Source: Gemmatimonadota bacterium
GTDB lineage: Bacteria; Gemmatimonadota; Gemmatimonadetes; Gemmatimonadales; GWC2-71-9
Reading direction: 5' to 3'
DNA length: 64,000 nucleotides
NCBI GenBank assembly: GCA_039586365.1
Contig: JBDHKN010000026.1
Location: forward strand, 24,725 to 88,724
Of the stretch, positions 9,571 to 18,286 are shown piece by piece. Numbering within the stretch: position 1 is the first letter of the stretch; each line of letters begins with the position of its first letter. The position numbers and the translations under genes are program-made. The notes under the pieces are model-generated. The model was not told the origin of the DNA, ran no database searches, and worked only from the letters and a program-made list of their open reading frames with translations.

Positions 9571-10883
9571 ACACGCCCACGGTAGCGATCGTAGGCCGGC
9601 CGAACGTAGGAAAATCGACGCTGTTCAACAGGATAACGGGCGGGCGCCGCGCCATTGTGGATGACCGATCCGGCGTTACCCGAGACCGGAATTTCGCCAC
9701 TGCCGAGTGGGCTGGTCACCGCTTCTGGCTGGTCGATACGGGGGGATGGACGTCCGGCGATGAAATAAGTGCGGCGATCAGGCGGCAAATCCAGCTGGCC
9801 ATCGAACAGTCGAACGCGATCATCTGTGTAGTCGATATTCAGACCGGGGTGCATCCAGCTGACCTAGAGATCGCCGAGGTTCTGAGACCCCACCGGGCAC
9901 GAGTGCTCGTCGCCGTCAACAAAGCGGACCACCTGCCCGATGAAACGGGCCATCACGCGTTTCACGAGTTGGGCCTGGGAGAGCCGCTACCGGTATCAGC
10001 CGCCACCGGTAAGGCGAGCGGCGACTTGTTGGACCGCCTGGTCCAGTTGCTGCCCCAGGCCTCCCCAGAAGCAGCGGCGGATGCTGTGGAAGTGGCCGTG
10101 CTGGGACGTCCCAACGTGGGCAAGTCCAGCCTGATGAATCGGCTGCTTGGACAGGAACGGTCGGTGGTCGCCGAACAGGCCGGCACGACAAGAGATGCTG
10201 TGGACTCCCCCTTGCAATACCATGGAAGATCCCTCAACTTCATTGACACCGCAGGGTTACGGAAGCGATCGAAAGTAGAAGATGAGATCGAGTTCTACTC
10301 GACCCTGCGCACTGAACGGGCGATTCAGAGGGCGGACGTGTGTGTCCTGGTGGTCGATGCCGTGGTGGGGGTCCATGCGCAGGATCTCAAGATCGCACAT
10401 CGGGTGTTGGATAGGGGAGCGGGGCTGATTGTGGCAGTCAACAAGTGGGACCTGGTTGCCGAGAAGGACACCACGACGGCCCAGCGGGGGGAACGCGCCG
10501 TATTGGAGAAGGCCCCCTTCCTCGCGGCTTACCCGTTCGTGTATGTGTCGGCTCTAACCGGGATGCGCACTCGGAAGGTTCTTGACTTGATAGTGCAGGT
10601 CGCGACAGCGAGGGAGAGTCGCGTCGGTACGGCGGCAGTGAATCGCGTGGTTGAGGCCTTGGTGGCCCGCAGCCAACCACCGCAGAAATCCGGCAAGGAG
10701 GTCAAGCTGTTGTATGCGTCGCAGGTCGGCACCAAGCCGCCGACATTTGCGATAGTCTCCAACCGCCCAGCAGATATCCCGGAATCGTACCGTCGTTTCT
10801 TGGAGCGAGGATTCAGGGAAGCTTGGGACTTCACGGGAGTGCCGCTGCACATCAAGTATCGTCGCAAACGGGGCAGGGAATGA
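9567..10883 (+). CDS. der: Ribosome biogenesis GTPase Der/EngA
   Basis: Two GRPNVGKS P-loops, DTGG/DTAG, NKAD/NKWD, KH-like tail. Confidence 0.98.
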   Translation: MNTPTVAIVGRPNVGKSTLFNRITGGRRAIVDDRSGVTRDRNFATAEWAGHRFWLVDTGGWTSGDEISAAIRRQIQLAIEQSNAIICVVDIQTGVHPADLEIAEVLRPHRARVLVAVNKADHLPDETGHHAFHELGLGEPLPVSAATGKASGDLLDRLVQLLPQASPEAAADAVEVAVLGRPNVGKSSLMNRLLGQERSVVAEQAGTTRDAVDSPLQYHGRSLNFIDTAGLRKRSKVEDEIEFYSTLRTERAIQRADVCVLVVDAVVGVHAQDLKIAHRVLDRGAGLIVAVNKWDLVAEKDTTTAQRGERAVLEKAPFLAAYPFVYVSALTGMRTRKVLDLIVQVATARESRVGTAAVNRVVEALVARSQPPQKSGKEVKLLYASQVGTKPPTFAIVSNRPADIPESYRRFLERGFREAWDFTGVPLHIKYRRKRGRE

Positions 10884-11485
10884 CACTGGCGCTGTGGATT
10901 CTCGCCGCCTACGCGATGGGGTCGATCCCAACGAGTTATCTGGCCGGACGGGTCGCCGGAGTAGATCTGCGCCAGCACGGCAGCAAGAACCTGGGCGCCA
11001 CCAACGTGTACCGCGTGCTGGGTTGGAGGTATGCTGTTCCAACCGGGCTAGTGGATGTGGCGAAGGGAGCGATCCCGGTGGTCCTGTTCGCACCGCGAGC
11101 TGGCTCGGCATCGTGGATCCCGATGCTGATCGGGGTGGCCGCAGTCCTGGGACACGTCTTCTCGATCTTCTTGAAGTTCCGCGGCGGGAAGGGCGTCGCG
11201 ACGGCAGCCGGCGCGGTGCTCGCTCTCGCCCCAGCAGCGCTCGGTGTTAGTGCTCTGGTGTGGGTTGGGATCCTGCTGGTATCCGGTTACGTGTCCTTGG
11301 CGTCCATCCTCGGTGCCCTGGCATTTCCGGTCGCCGCACGAATCACCGAGCCGGAAGACAGCTATGCCTTCGGCATCGGTCTGGTGTTGGTGTTGTTTAT
11401 CATCTTCACACACCGGTCCAACATCCGGCGCCTGGCAACGGGCACGGAGAACCGCTTTGGTCGGCGTGCCAGGGAGCGGGTATAG
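10880..11485 (+). CDS. plsY: Glycerol-3-phosphate acyltransferase PlsY
   Basis: GSIP, GSKNLGATNV, FRGGKGVAT, HRSNIRRL..G.E; ATGA overlap with der stop. Confidence 0.97.
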   Translation: MTLALWILAAYAMGSIPTSYLAGRVAGVDLRQHGSKNLGATNVYRVLGWRYAVPTGLVDVAKGAIPVVLFAPRAGSASWIPMLIGVAAVLGHVFSIFLKFRGGKGVATAAGAVLALAPAALGVSALVWVGILLVSGYVSLASILGALAFPVAARITEPEDSYAFGIGLVLVLFIIFTHRSNIRRLATGTENRFGRRARERV

Positions 11486-12483
11486 TGGACGTCGCTGTGG
11501 TGGGCGCCGGAAGCTGGGGAACGACACTGAGCCACCTGCTTGCAGGACGCGGCCACCGGGTTCGCATTTGGGCTCGGGAGACTGAGGTCGTTGAGTCTAT
11601 CAATCGCGAGCGGCTGAACAGCGTCTTTCTCCCCGATTGCCCTCTGGACCCGGCAATCAGAGCTTCAAATGAGATAGAGGAGACCGTTCAGGGGGCCGAG
11701 GTAGTCGTTTCCGCCGCTCCTTCGCACGCCGTCCGAGACGTGACTGCCCAGGTGCATGCGGCACTGAGGGGAGCTGAGCCGCTGGTGGTCAGCGTCTCCA
11801 AAGGTCTCGAGACGGGCACACTCGACACCATGACCCAGGTTATGGAGCAGACCCTTCCGGGTCTGCGTGCTGTCGCTCTGTCAGGTCCGAGTTTTGCGGA
11901 CGAGGTATACGCAAAGCGGCCAACCGCCGTGGTCGCGGCGGGCGTTGATCCCACCCTGACGAGGCTGGCACAGCAGGTCTTCTCTACAAGCCACCTGCGC
12001 GTCTACACCAGCCGCGATCCCCTGGGAGTACAACTTGCAGGTGCTCTGAAGAACGTGATCGCGATAGCGTCCGGCATTCTGGATGGGCTGGGCCTGGGAA
12101 ACAACGCCCGGGCAGCGCTGATCACACGTGGCTTGGCTGAGATAGCGCGGCTGGGACAGAGTCTCAGGTGCGACCCGATGACCTTTGCAGGCCTGGCGGG
12201 CATGGGCGACCTGATCCTCACTACTTCCGGTGCCCAAAGTCGCAACAGGTCTCTAGGCATGGAACTCGCCTCGGGCAAGTCGCTGGAACAGATACTGGCG
12301 AGTCGGCGGACAGTAGCAGAGGGTGTCCTCACGACCCGAGCGGCTGTGGTGCTCGGTGAAAGAACTGGAGTTGAGCTGCCCATTGCCCAGGAAGTAGGGA
12401 ATGTGCTGTTCCACCAAAAGGAGCTTACACAGGCGATCAGTGACCTGATGGAGCGCGAACTCAAGCCTGAGCAATGGTCATGA
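11485..12483 (+). CDS. gpsA: NAD(P)H-dependent glycerol-3-phosphate dehydrogenase
   Basis: GAGSWGT, SKGLE, SGPSFA, GALKNVIAI, GMGDL, SRNR; GTG start overlaps plsY stop. Confidence 0.97.
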   Translation: MDVAVVGAGSWGTTLSHLLAGRGHRVRIWARETEVVESINRERLNSVFLPDCPLDPAIRASNEIEETVQGAEVVVSAAPSHAVRDVTAQVHAALRGAEPLVVSVSKGLETGTLDTMTQVMEQTLPGLRAVALSGPSFADEVYAKRPTAVVAAGVDPTLTRLAQQVFSTSHLRVYTSRDPLGVQLAGALKNVIAIASGILDGLGLGNNARAALITRGLAEIARLGQSLRCDPMTFAGLAGMGDLILTTSGAQSRNRSLGMELASGKSLEQILASRRTVAEGVLTTRAAVVLGERTGVELPIAQEVGNVLFHQKELTQAISDLMERELKPEQWS

Positions 12484-12857
12484 CCGTACCGCATCCCGTA
12501 CAAGAGTACTTCTCGATCGGTGACGTGTGCCAGCTTACGGATCTCAAGCCGCATGTGTTGAGGTATTGGGAGAGCCAGTTCCGCTTCTTGAATCCAGTCA
12601 AGAACAGATCGGGCAACCGCGTTTATCAGCGCCGCGAGATCGAGTTGATCATGCTGGTAAAGCACCTGCTATACACGGAGAAATTCACTATCGAGGGTGC
12701 GCGCAAACGAATTGAGCAATACCGTCGAACCGGATCGCTTAAGACCGAAGCTCGCTTTGCCCTGCAACACGAGAGCATTGAGAATCTGACCCGCGAACTC
12801 CGGGTTATCCTCGCCATCATCGACGGAACCACTCCAGTTGAAGATCCTGATCACTAA
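12480..12857 (+). CDS. MerR-family transcriptional regulator
   Basis: YFSIGDV..LKPHVLRYWE..F, GNRVY, FTIEGAR. Confidence 0.92.
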   Translation: MTVPHPVQEYFSIGDVCQLTDLKPHVLRYWESQFRFLNPVKNRSGNRVYQRREIELIMLVKHLLYTEKFTIEGARKRIEQYRRTGSLKTEARFALQHESIENLTRELRVILAIIDGTTPVEDPDH

Positions 12858-13593
12858 CGACGACGGTATCAACGCCCGGGGCCTCGAGATTCTGGCTGAG
12901 GTGTGCCGGCGGGTGGCACAGGTGGACGTTGTGGCACCGGACCGGGAGCAAAGCGGCTCGAGCCACTCACTTACCCTCCACCGGCCACTGAGGCCAGTGC
13001 TCCGGCCTGACGGCTCCTTTCAGGTCGATGGGACTCCCACCGATTGTGTCCTCCTCGCTCTGGGCGAGCTCCTGGCAGACAAACCCGATTTCGTGTTCTC
13101 CGGTGTGAACCACGGGCCCAACATGGGAGAGGACGTGCTGTATTCGGGAACTGTGGCGGCCGCAATGGAGGGTTTGACGTTGGGGATACCCGGTGTGGCA
13201 ATATCCTTGGCCGGCTTCACCCTGGATGTGATGGAAAGTCACCGAGAGTGGTTGGAACAGCTGGTGGCGCGCATCGTCCAGATCGAAGATTTCCCGAAGG
13301 AAACCCTGCTCAACGTGAATCTTCCACCAATACCGGGGGACGAGATCAAGGGAATCCGTACCACGACGCTCGGCAAGCGGGTCTACTCGGAGTCATTGGT
13401 GGAAACGCAGGATCCTTGGGGCCGCACTGTCTACTGGATTGGAGGAGGGCAGATCTCTTGGTCGGGCCGCGGCAGGGAAGACTGCGACTTCCGGGCGATT
13501 CAGGACGGTTTCGTATCTGTGACACCCCTGCACGTGGACCTGACCAACTACCCACTGCTCGAAGACGTTCAGCAATGGCACCTGGGAGATTAG
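12838..13593 (+). CDS. surE: 5'/3'-nucleotidase SurE
   Basis: ILITNDDG, GTPTDCV, SGVNHGPN, YSGTVAAA. Confidence 0.98.
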   Translation: MKILITNDDGINARGLEILAEVCRRVAQVDVVAPDREQSGSSHSLTLHRPLRPVLRPDGSFQVDGTPTDCVLLALGELLADKPDFVFSGVNHGPNMGEDVLYSGTVAAAMEGLTLGIPGVAISLAGFTLDVMESHREWLEQLVARIVQIEDFPKETLLNVNLPPIPGDEIKGIRTTTLGKRVYSESLVETQDPWGRTVYWIGGGQISWSGRGREDCDFRAIQDGFVSVTPLHVDLTNYPLLEDVQQWHLGD

Positions 13594-14258
13594 CTGACGG
13601 CTTCGGCGGATACCGGACCCGCCTCGTCGAGCAACTACGAGAGAACGGCATTCGCGATCTCGCGGTGCTACATGCGTTCGGAGAGACCGCCAGGCATTTG
13701 TTTGTCCCTGAGGCGCTCAGACGCCGTGCGTACGAAGATGTGGCACTCCCAATAGGTAACGGTCAGACGATTTCCCAACCGACGACCCAGGCTCGCTATC
13801 TGGAGGCTCTCAAGTTCGAGGGCACTGAACGAGTGCTCGAGGTCGGCACAGGTTCAGGCTACCAGTCGGCCCTGCTAGCCCACTTGGTAGTGCGAGTTAT
13901 CACCATTGAGAGGATCGCCGGACTCGCCGCTCGGGCCCGCGCTGTCCTTGCGGAGATCGGTGCCCACAGGGTCCAGGTCGTCCACGGGGACGGATCACTC
14001 GGCTGGCTTCCCGAGGCGCCCTACGAGGCCATTCTGGTCGCTGCCGCAAGCCCAACGGTACCCGAGCCTCTGGTGCGACAGCTGGCAGCCGGTGGCAGTC
14101 TAGTGATACCGCTGGAGCGTTCCGGCTCTCAGATTCTGTGTCGGATCACGAGGTCAGGCAGCGAGCTCGTCGAGCAGGAGTTGGGCCCGGTACAGTTCGT
14201 ACCACTACTGGGAAAACACGGCTATCCCACGGAACCAAATCCCTCGGGACCCTACTGA
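13575..14258 (+). CDS. pcm: Protein-L-isoaspartate O-methyltransferase
   Basis: RHLFV, GQTISQP, VLEVGTGSGYQ, GDG, FVPL; follows surE. Confidence 0.95.
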   Translation: MAPGRLADGFGGYRTRLVEQLRENGIRDLAVLHAFGETARHLFVPEALRRRAYEDVALPIGNGQTISQPTTQARYLEALKFEGTERVLEVGTGSGYQSALLAHLVVRVITIERIAGLAARARAVLAEIGAHRVQVVHGDGSLGWLPEAPYEAILVAAASPTVPEPLVRQLAAGGSLVIPLERSGSQILCRITRSGSELVEQELGPVQFVPLLGKHGYPTEPNPSGPY

Positions 14259-14944
14259 TGATAGAGACAGCGGTTCAATGGCTCACCGAAGTAGTCTTCC
14301 AGCTTGGCTACCTGGGAATCATGCTGCTAATGACCTTGGAGTCGTCTTTCGTACCGTTTCCTAGCGAGGTTGTCTTGCCGCCCGCCGGATACCTGGCTGC
14401 CCAAGGTCGTATGAGTGCTCCCGTCGCCCTTGCTGCGGGGCTGACGGGAAGTCTGATCGGGGCTCTGCTGAACTACGTGCTGGCGGTGAAACTCGGCCGC
14501 CCGCTGCTGCACCAGTATGGGAAGTACTTCTTGATCAAAGAGAAATCACTCGATCGGGCCGAAGCGTTTTTCCAACGCCATGGCGAGATCAGCACGTTCA
14601 TTGGACGTTTGATACCGGTGATCAGGCAGCTCATCTCGTTGCCAGCGGGGGTCGCGCGGATGCGCCTGGATCGGTTCATTGCCTACACGGCACTCGGTGC
14701 CGGAATCTGGTGTGCAATCTTGACTTACATAGGCTGGTATGTGGGGAAACATGCCACGATCGTGGCTGATTTTGACGAACTGCTGACCAGCCCTGAGGTG
14801 CGTAGCCTCTCCCGTCAGGCGTTGCTAGTCATCATCCCGCTTATCGCCGTAGTGCTCGCCGTCTACATGTACCACTACCGGCGCCGGCGTAAGCTTCGCG
14901 AGGCCAGCGGGGCAGGGCACCTGGAATCGGGAGACGTAGGATGA
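14258..14944 (+). CDS. DedA family membrane protein
   Basis: [27 protein letters not shown]. Confidence 0.93.
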   Translation: MIETAVQWLTEVVFQLGYLGIMLLMTLESSFVPFPSEVVLPPAGYLAAQGRMSAPVALAAGLTGSLIGALLNYVLAVKLGRPLLHQYGKYFLIKEKSLDRAEAFFQRHGEISTFIGRLIPVIRQLISLPAGVARMRLDRFIAYTALGAGIWCAILTYIGWYVGKHATIVADFDELLTSPEVRSLSRQALLVIIPLIAVVLAVYMYHYRRRRKLREASGAGHLESGDVG

Positions 14945-15225
14945 GCCACGGGGACACAGCTAGCCGGTGGCTCATATCGGGCAGAGTGCAGGGCGTTGGC
15001 TTTCGGTGGTTCGTGTACCGGTATGCCGAAGAACTCGGCGTGCAGGGATGGGCCAGGAACCTGCCGGATGGGCGGGTCGAGGTTGTAGCCACGGGGGAGC
15101 CGAGGGTCGTGGAGCAGTTCGAGCAAGTACTCCATCGGGGGCCACTCCTAGCCAGAGTTGAGCATGTGGAAAAGGAGGATTATCCACATGAACTGGCGGC
15201 CTCCAAGCCATTTGATATCAGGTAA
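14941..15225 (+). CDS. acyP: Acylphosphatase
   Basis: [21 protein letters not shown]. Confidence 0.95.
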   Translation: MSHGDTASRWLISGRVQGVGFRWFVYRYAEELGVQGWARNLPDGRVEVVATGEPRVVEQFEQVLHRGPLLARVEHVEKEDYPHELAASKPFDIR

Positions 15226-15469
15226 TTAGGGCATCGACAATACCTCCTGGTAGAAGTTGATGTCGCTGCGGCAAGCGAGCAGCCTGGCTGGCTGGAGGAG
15301 CCACACCTCATGAGGCTTGACCGGTCGATTGAGTTCGGACCGCAGTTTTGGCAGAATATGGCTGTGGGTTGATAGCAGACTCGTTTGCGGAGCGGAATAC
15401 GAGTGCTGGCCTATCCCTGGAGTGGGAGTTGGACGGCAACGGGCTTGTGGTTAGTTTTTCTCCGCTCAC

Positions 15470-15543
15470 GCCCCTGTAGCTCAGTTGGATAGAGCAGCGG
15501 TTTCCTAAACCGTTGGCCGGGTGTTCGAGTCACCCCAGGGGCA
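15470..15543 (+). tRNA. tRNA-Arg (anticodon CCT), CCA not encoded
   Basis: Acceptor GCCCCTG/CAGGGGC, D arm GCTC-AGTTGGATA-GAGC, anticodon loop TTCCTAA, T loop TTCGAGT. Confidence 0.96.
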
Positions 15544-15618
15544 TTTGGAGGTGTCGAGCGGCCCGGACACGATTTTTCTCCATTAGTACGCAATGGAAGA
15601 AGGTTGAGAAGGACGAAC

Positions 15619-16329
15619 GTGGCCAAGAAACAGCAGGTACAGAAAAGTCAGGCTCCGAAGAGTCAGGCTCCGATTCATACCGAGGAGCGAGATCCCGTAG
15701 TCAAGGCTCTCGACTGGATAAAAGGCCACCGGAATCCACTAGCGGCGGGCGCGGCCATCTTTGTCGTGGTCGCAGCTTCGGTTTGGTTCATGGTAGCCGC
15801 GCAGCAGAGAAAAGAAGCGTTTGCCGCGGCCGCACTATCGAATGCCCGAGCGATAGCTGAGGCAGGCAACCTGGCCCTGGCGGCTAGCGATCTCTCTCAG
15901 TTGGCCCGCACGTACGGCGGTACCGCGGCCGGTGAGGAAGCTGTGATTCTGTTGGGACAGATTCGTCTCTCAGAGGGTCAGAGTGAGAGTGCGATCGAGG
16001 AGCTCAACAGCTTCATCGAGTCCGGTCCAAGTGACCAGTTCAGGGCTGCCGCTTATGCCTTGCTGGGGAATTCGCTCGATCAGGCAGGTCGCTATGCCGA
16101 AGCGGCCGATGCCTTTCGAACTGCTGCCACCGCGGCGTGGTACGACTTCCTACGCGCTGAGTACCTTATCGAAGCGGCTCGCGTTTCAGAGTTGGCCGGA
16201 GACACTTCAGCAGCAGTTGCCACATATGAGGACGTAATCCGGAATTTCTCCGACGAAGCCGAGTCTGTGACCGAAGCGCGTGTCCGTCTGGCAGAACTCC
16301 GTCCGGGGCAGAGCGCGATAGGCAGTTAG
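15619..16329 (+). CDS. YfgM-like membrane-anchored TPR protein
   Basis: One N-terminal TM helix, YGGTAAG motif, TPR-like helices. Confidence 0.75.
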   Translation: MAKKQQVQKSQAPKSQAPIHTEERDPVVKALDWIKGHRNPLAAGAAIFVVVAASVWFMVAAQQRKEAFAAAALSNARAIAEAGNLALAASDLSQLARTYGGTAAGEEAVILLGQIRLSEGQSESAIEELNSFIESGPSDQFRAAAYALLGNSLDQAGRYAEAADAFRTAATAAWYDFLRAEYLIEAARVSELAGDTSAAVATYEDVIRNFSDEAESVTEARVRLAELRPGQSAIGS

Positions 16330-16501
16330 TGGTCGGGGAGCCGGCAGCGGGTAGCGCACCTGCCCGCCTCTCAGGTCTGCGGTTTCGGCTCCCTTTGTTG
16401 ATATCTTAACAACTCCCTGGTCGCCACTCAGAGCGCTGCCGCATCGGCCGTCTGTATGCCGAAAACACCTGATTTTGACCCCCTGCTGCGGTTTCCGACC
16501 A

Positions 16502-16529
16502 ACTGCGTATAAGATATGTTATGTTAAGT
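16502..16529. other. dif: dif site (XerC/XerD chromosome dimer resolution)
   Basis: ACTGCGTATAA-GATATG-TTATGTTAAGT versus E. coli dif GGTGCGCATAA-TGTATA-TTATGTTAAAT; lies at the convergent strand switch. Confidence 0.92.
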
Positions 16530-16718
16530 TGGCCGGGCTAACCGTGTGGACAAGTGTTGAAGCCCTGTTTGCCTCCCCCGCGCAAGCTGTTGTGAGATAG
16601 ATACTTACTGTGCCCAACACAGTTTCGTGTAACCTTCGGAGTGAGACCGTGGCGAGCTACAGTGATAGTTACAAATGAGGTGAGGTCCTTCAGCTCAAGT
16701 GCTTGATAGGAAATACGG

Positions 16719-17564
16719 TTAGAACATGCGCTCTGGGAGGATGATTGCACGAAGCACCAGCCGGCCCTCGCCAATTAGGCAAGGTTGCTGGATCGCCCCT
16801 GCCGCCGTGACAGTTCCCGTCACCGTGAGAACGCGCCGCGACGACGTGCGTACGGTCCAAGGGATTGTCGTAACATGGCCCGACGCCACAAGGGCGGCAG
16901 CGCAGGCTACGGCCCCCGTTCCGCAAGCGAGTGTCTCTGCCTCGACCCCTCGCTCATAGGTCCGCATCGCCCAATCGGATCCTGCCGGCGACACGAAATT
17001 GACATTGGCTCCCAGCGGCGCGACCGCCGCATGATTGCGTAGCTGCCTGCCCCGCCGCTCTACGTCAATGGCCGCCACGTCTGCAACCAGCAGAACCAAG
17101 TGGGGCACACCAACGGTCGTGAAGTGAACCGAGTGCTCACCTTCGCGTCGTTCGATGCCGACCGGGCTGCTCAGCTCGGGCGTGATCCCCAGCTTCAGCT
17201 CTGAGCGCTGTTCCGGACCCGGCAGCGCTCTCGTGAGCATCTCTCCGGCGTCCGTCTCGAGCACCATTTCATCAGCACAAACCAGCTCGAGCCAGCGAGC
17301 CAAGCGAGTGGCACATAGTGTTCCATTCCCGCACATGGGCGCCCTGCAGCCGTCACTATTGAAGAAGTGGAACCGAACATGATTCGAAGGGCCCCCCGGC
17401 TCGAGTATCGCGAATCCGTCCGCTCCCAAACCGTTCCTGCGGTCACAGATCTCACGGATGCGAACGGCGTCCCACGTTTCCGGCGGGTTTGAGCGACCGT
17501 CTGCGAACACGAAATCGTTGCCCGAGCCCGTCATCTTGTAGAGGACGACGCCACCAACGTCCAT
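16719..17564 (-). CDS. dapF: Diaminopimelate epimerase
   Basis: KMTGSGNDF, GADG, MCGNG, GVPH, ERGVEAETLACGTGA. Confidence 0.96.
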   Translation of the reverse strand: MDVGGVVLYKMTGSGNDFVFADGRSNPPETWDAVRIREICDRRNGLGADGFAILEPGGPSNHVRFHFFNSDGCRAPMCGNGTLCATRLARWLELVCADEMVLETDAGEMLTRALPGPEQRSELKLGITPELSSPVGIERREGEHSVHFTTVGVPHLVLLVADVAAIDVERRGRQLRNHAAVAPLGANVNFVSPAGSDWAMRTYERGVEAETLACGTGAVACAAALVASGHVTTIPWTVRTSSRRVLTVTGTVTAAGAIQQPCLIGEGRLVLRAIILPERMF

Positions 17565-18286
17565 CACAGCCGCCCTGCCAACGCCTGCAGCCGTAGACGC
17601 CAAACCATCCAGATGGCTTCTCGCACAATTGCTCCGGACATCTTGCTCTCGCCTTCGGCTCGATCGACGAACAGGACGGGAATCTCTCGGATCCGGAATC
17701 CCTTGCGTTTGGCCCTGAAGCTCATTTCAATCTGAAACGAATATCCATTGGACCTGACGGCATCCAAGTCGATGGCCTCCAACACCTTGCGCCTAAAGCA
17801 CTTGAAGCCCCCGGTGGCGTCCCACAGTCGATGCCCTGTGACGATCCGGGCATAGATGTTCGCTGCGTAGCTGAGTAGCAGCCGACCCATGGGCCAGTTG
17901 ACTACCGTTACTCGCCCCTCCAAATAGCGCGAGCCCAGCACCAGGTCGGCCTCGCCAATTGCCGCAAGGAACTCCGGAAGATGCTTCGGATCGTGCGAAT
18001 GGTCGGCATCCATTTCGAAGATGTAGTCGTAGTCCCGGTCCAGAGCCCAGCGAAAACCTGACAAATAGGCCGTGCCCAGCCCCAGCTTGACCTCTCGATG
18101 GATTACCTTGATGCGCGGCTGCTGGCGCGCCATTTCGTCGGCCAGCGCACCAGTGCCATCCGGTGAATTGTCGTCTACGACGAGTACGTCAATCCTCTCA
18201 TCTTGAGCCAGAACCTCAGGCACAATCTGCCCCAGATTACTGGCCTCATTGTATGTGGGGATGACCACGAGGGCCTTCTCAGGCAT
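17564..18286 (-). CDS. Polyprenol-monophosphomannose synthase-like GT2 (DPM1/Ppm1 type)
   Basis: VIPTYNE, DDNSPDGT, GLGTAY, EMDADHSH, DATGGFK, GYSFQIE, G.SKMS. Confidence 0.92.
   Translation of the reverse strand: MPEKALVVIPTYNEASNLGQIVPEVLAQDERIDVLVVDDNSPDGTGALADEMARQQPRIKVIHREVKLGLGTAYLSGFRWALDRDYDYIFEMDADHSHDPKHLPEFLAAIGEADLVLGSRYLEGRVTVVNWPMGRLLLSYAANIYARIVTGHRLWDATGGFKCFRRKVLEAIDLDAVRSNGYSFQIEMSFRAKRKGFRIREIPVLFVDRAEGESKMSGAIVREAIWMVWRLRLQALAGRL

Noticed and set aside
13044..13574. Long N-terminal extensions of track ORFs (pcm; likewise gpsA, sucD, nuoJ, nuoH, rpmF)
   Set aside because: They overlap upstream genes in another frame; family homology starts at later codons, so they are not fusions
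16395..16412. Imperfect palindrome TTGTTGA-TATC-TTAACAA near dif
   Set aside because: Single occurrence with no assignable factor; could be chance in AT-rich DNA
16330..16718. AT-rich gap at the strand switch with one DnaA-box-like TGTGGACAA, considered as oriC
   Set aside because: Genes converge here, only one imperfect box is present, and a dif site indicates the terminus
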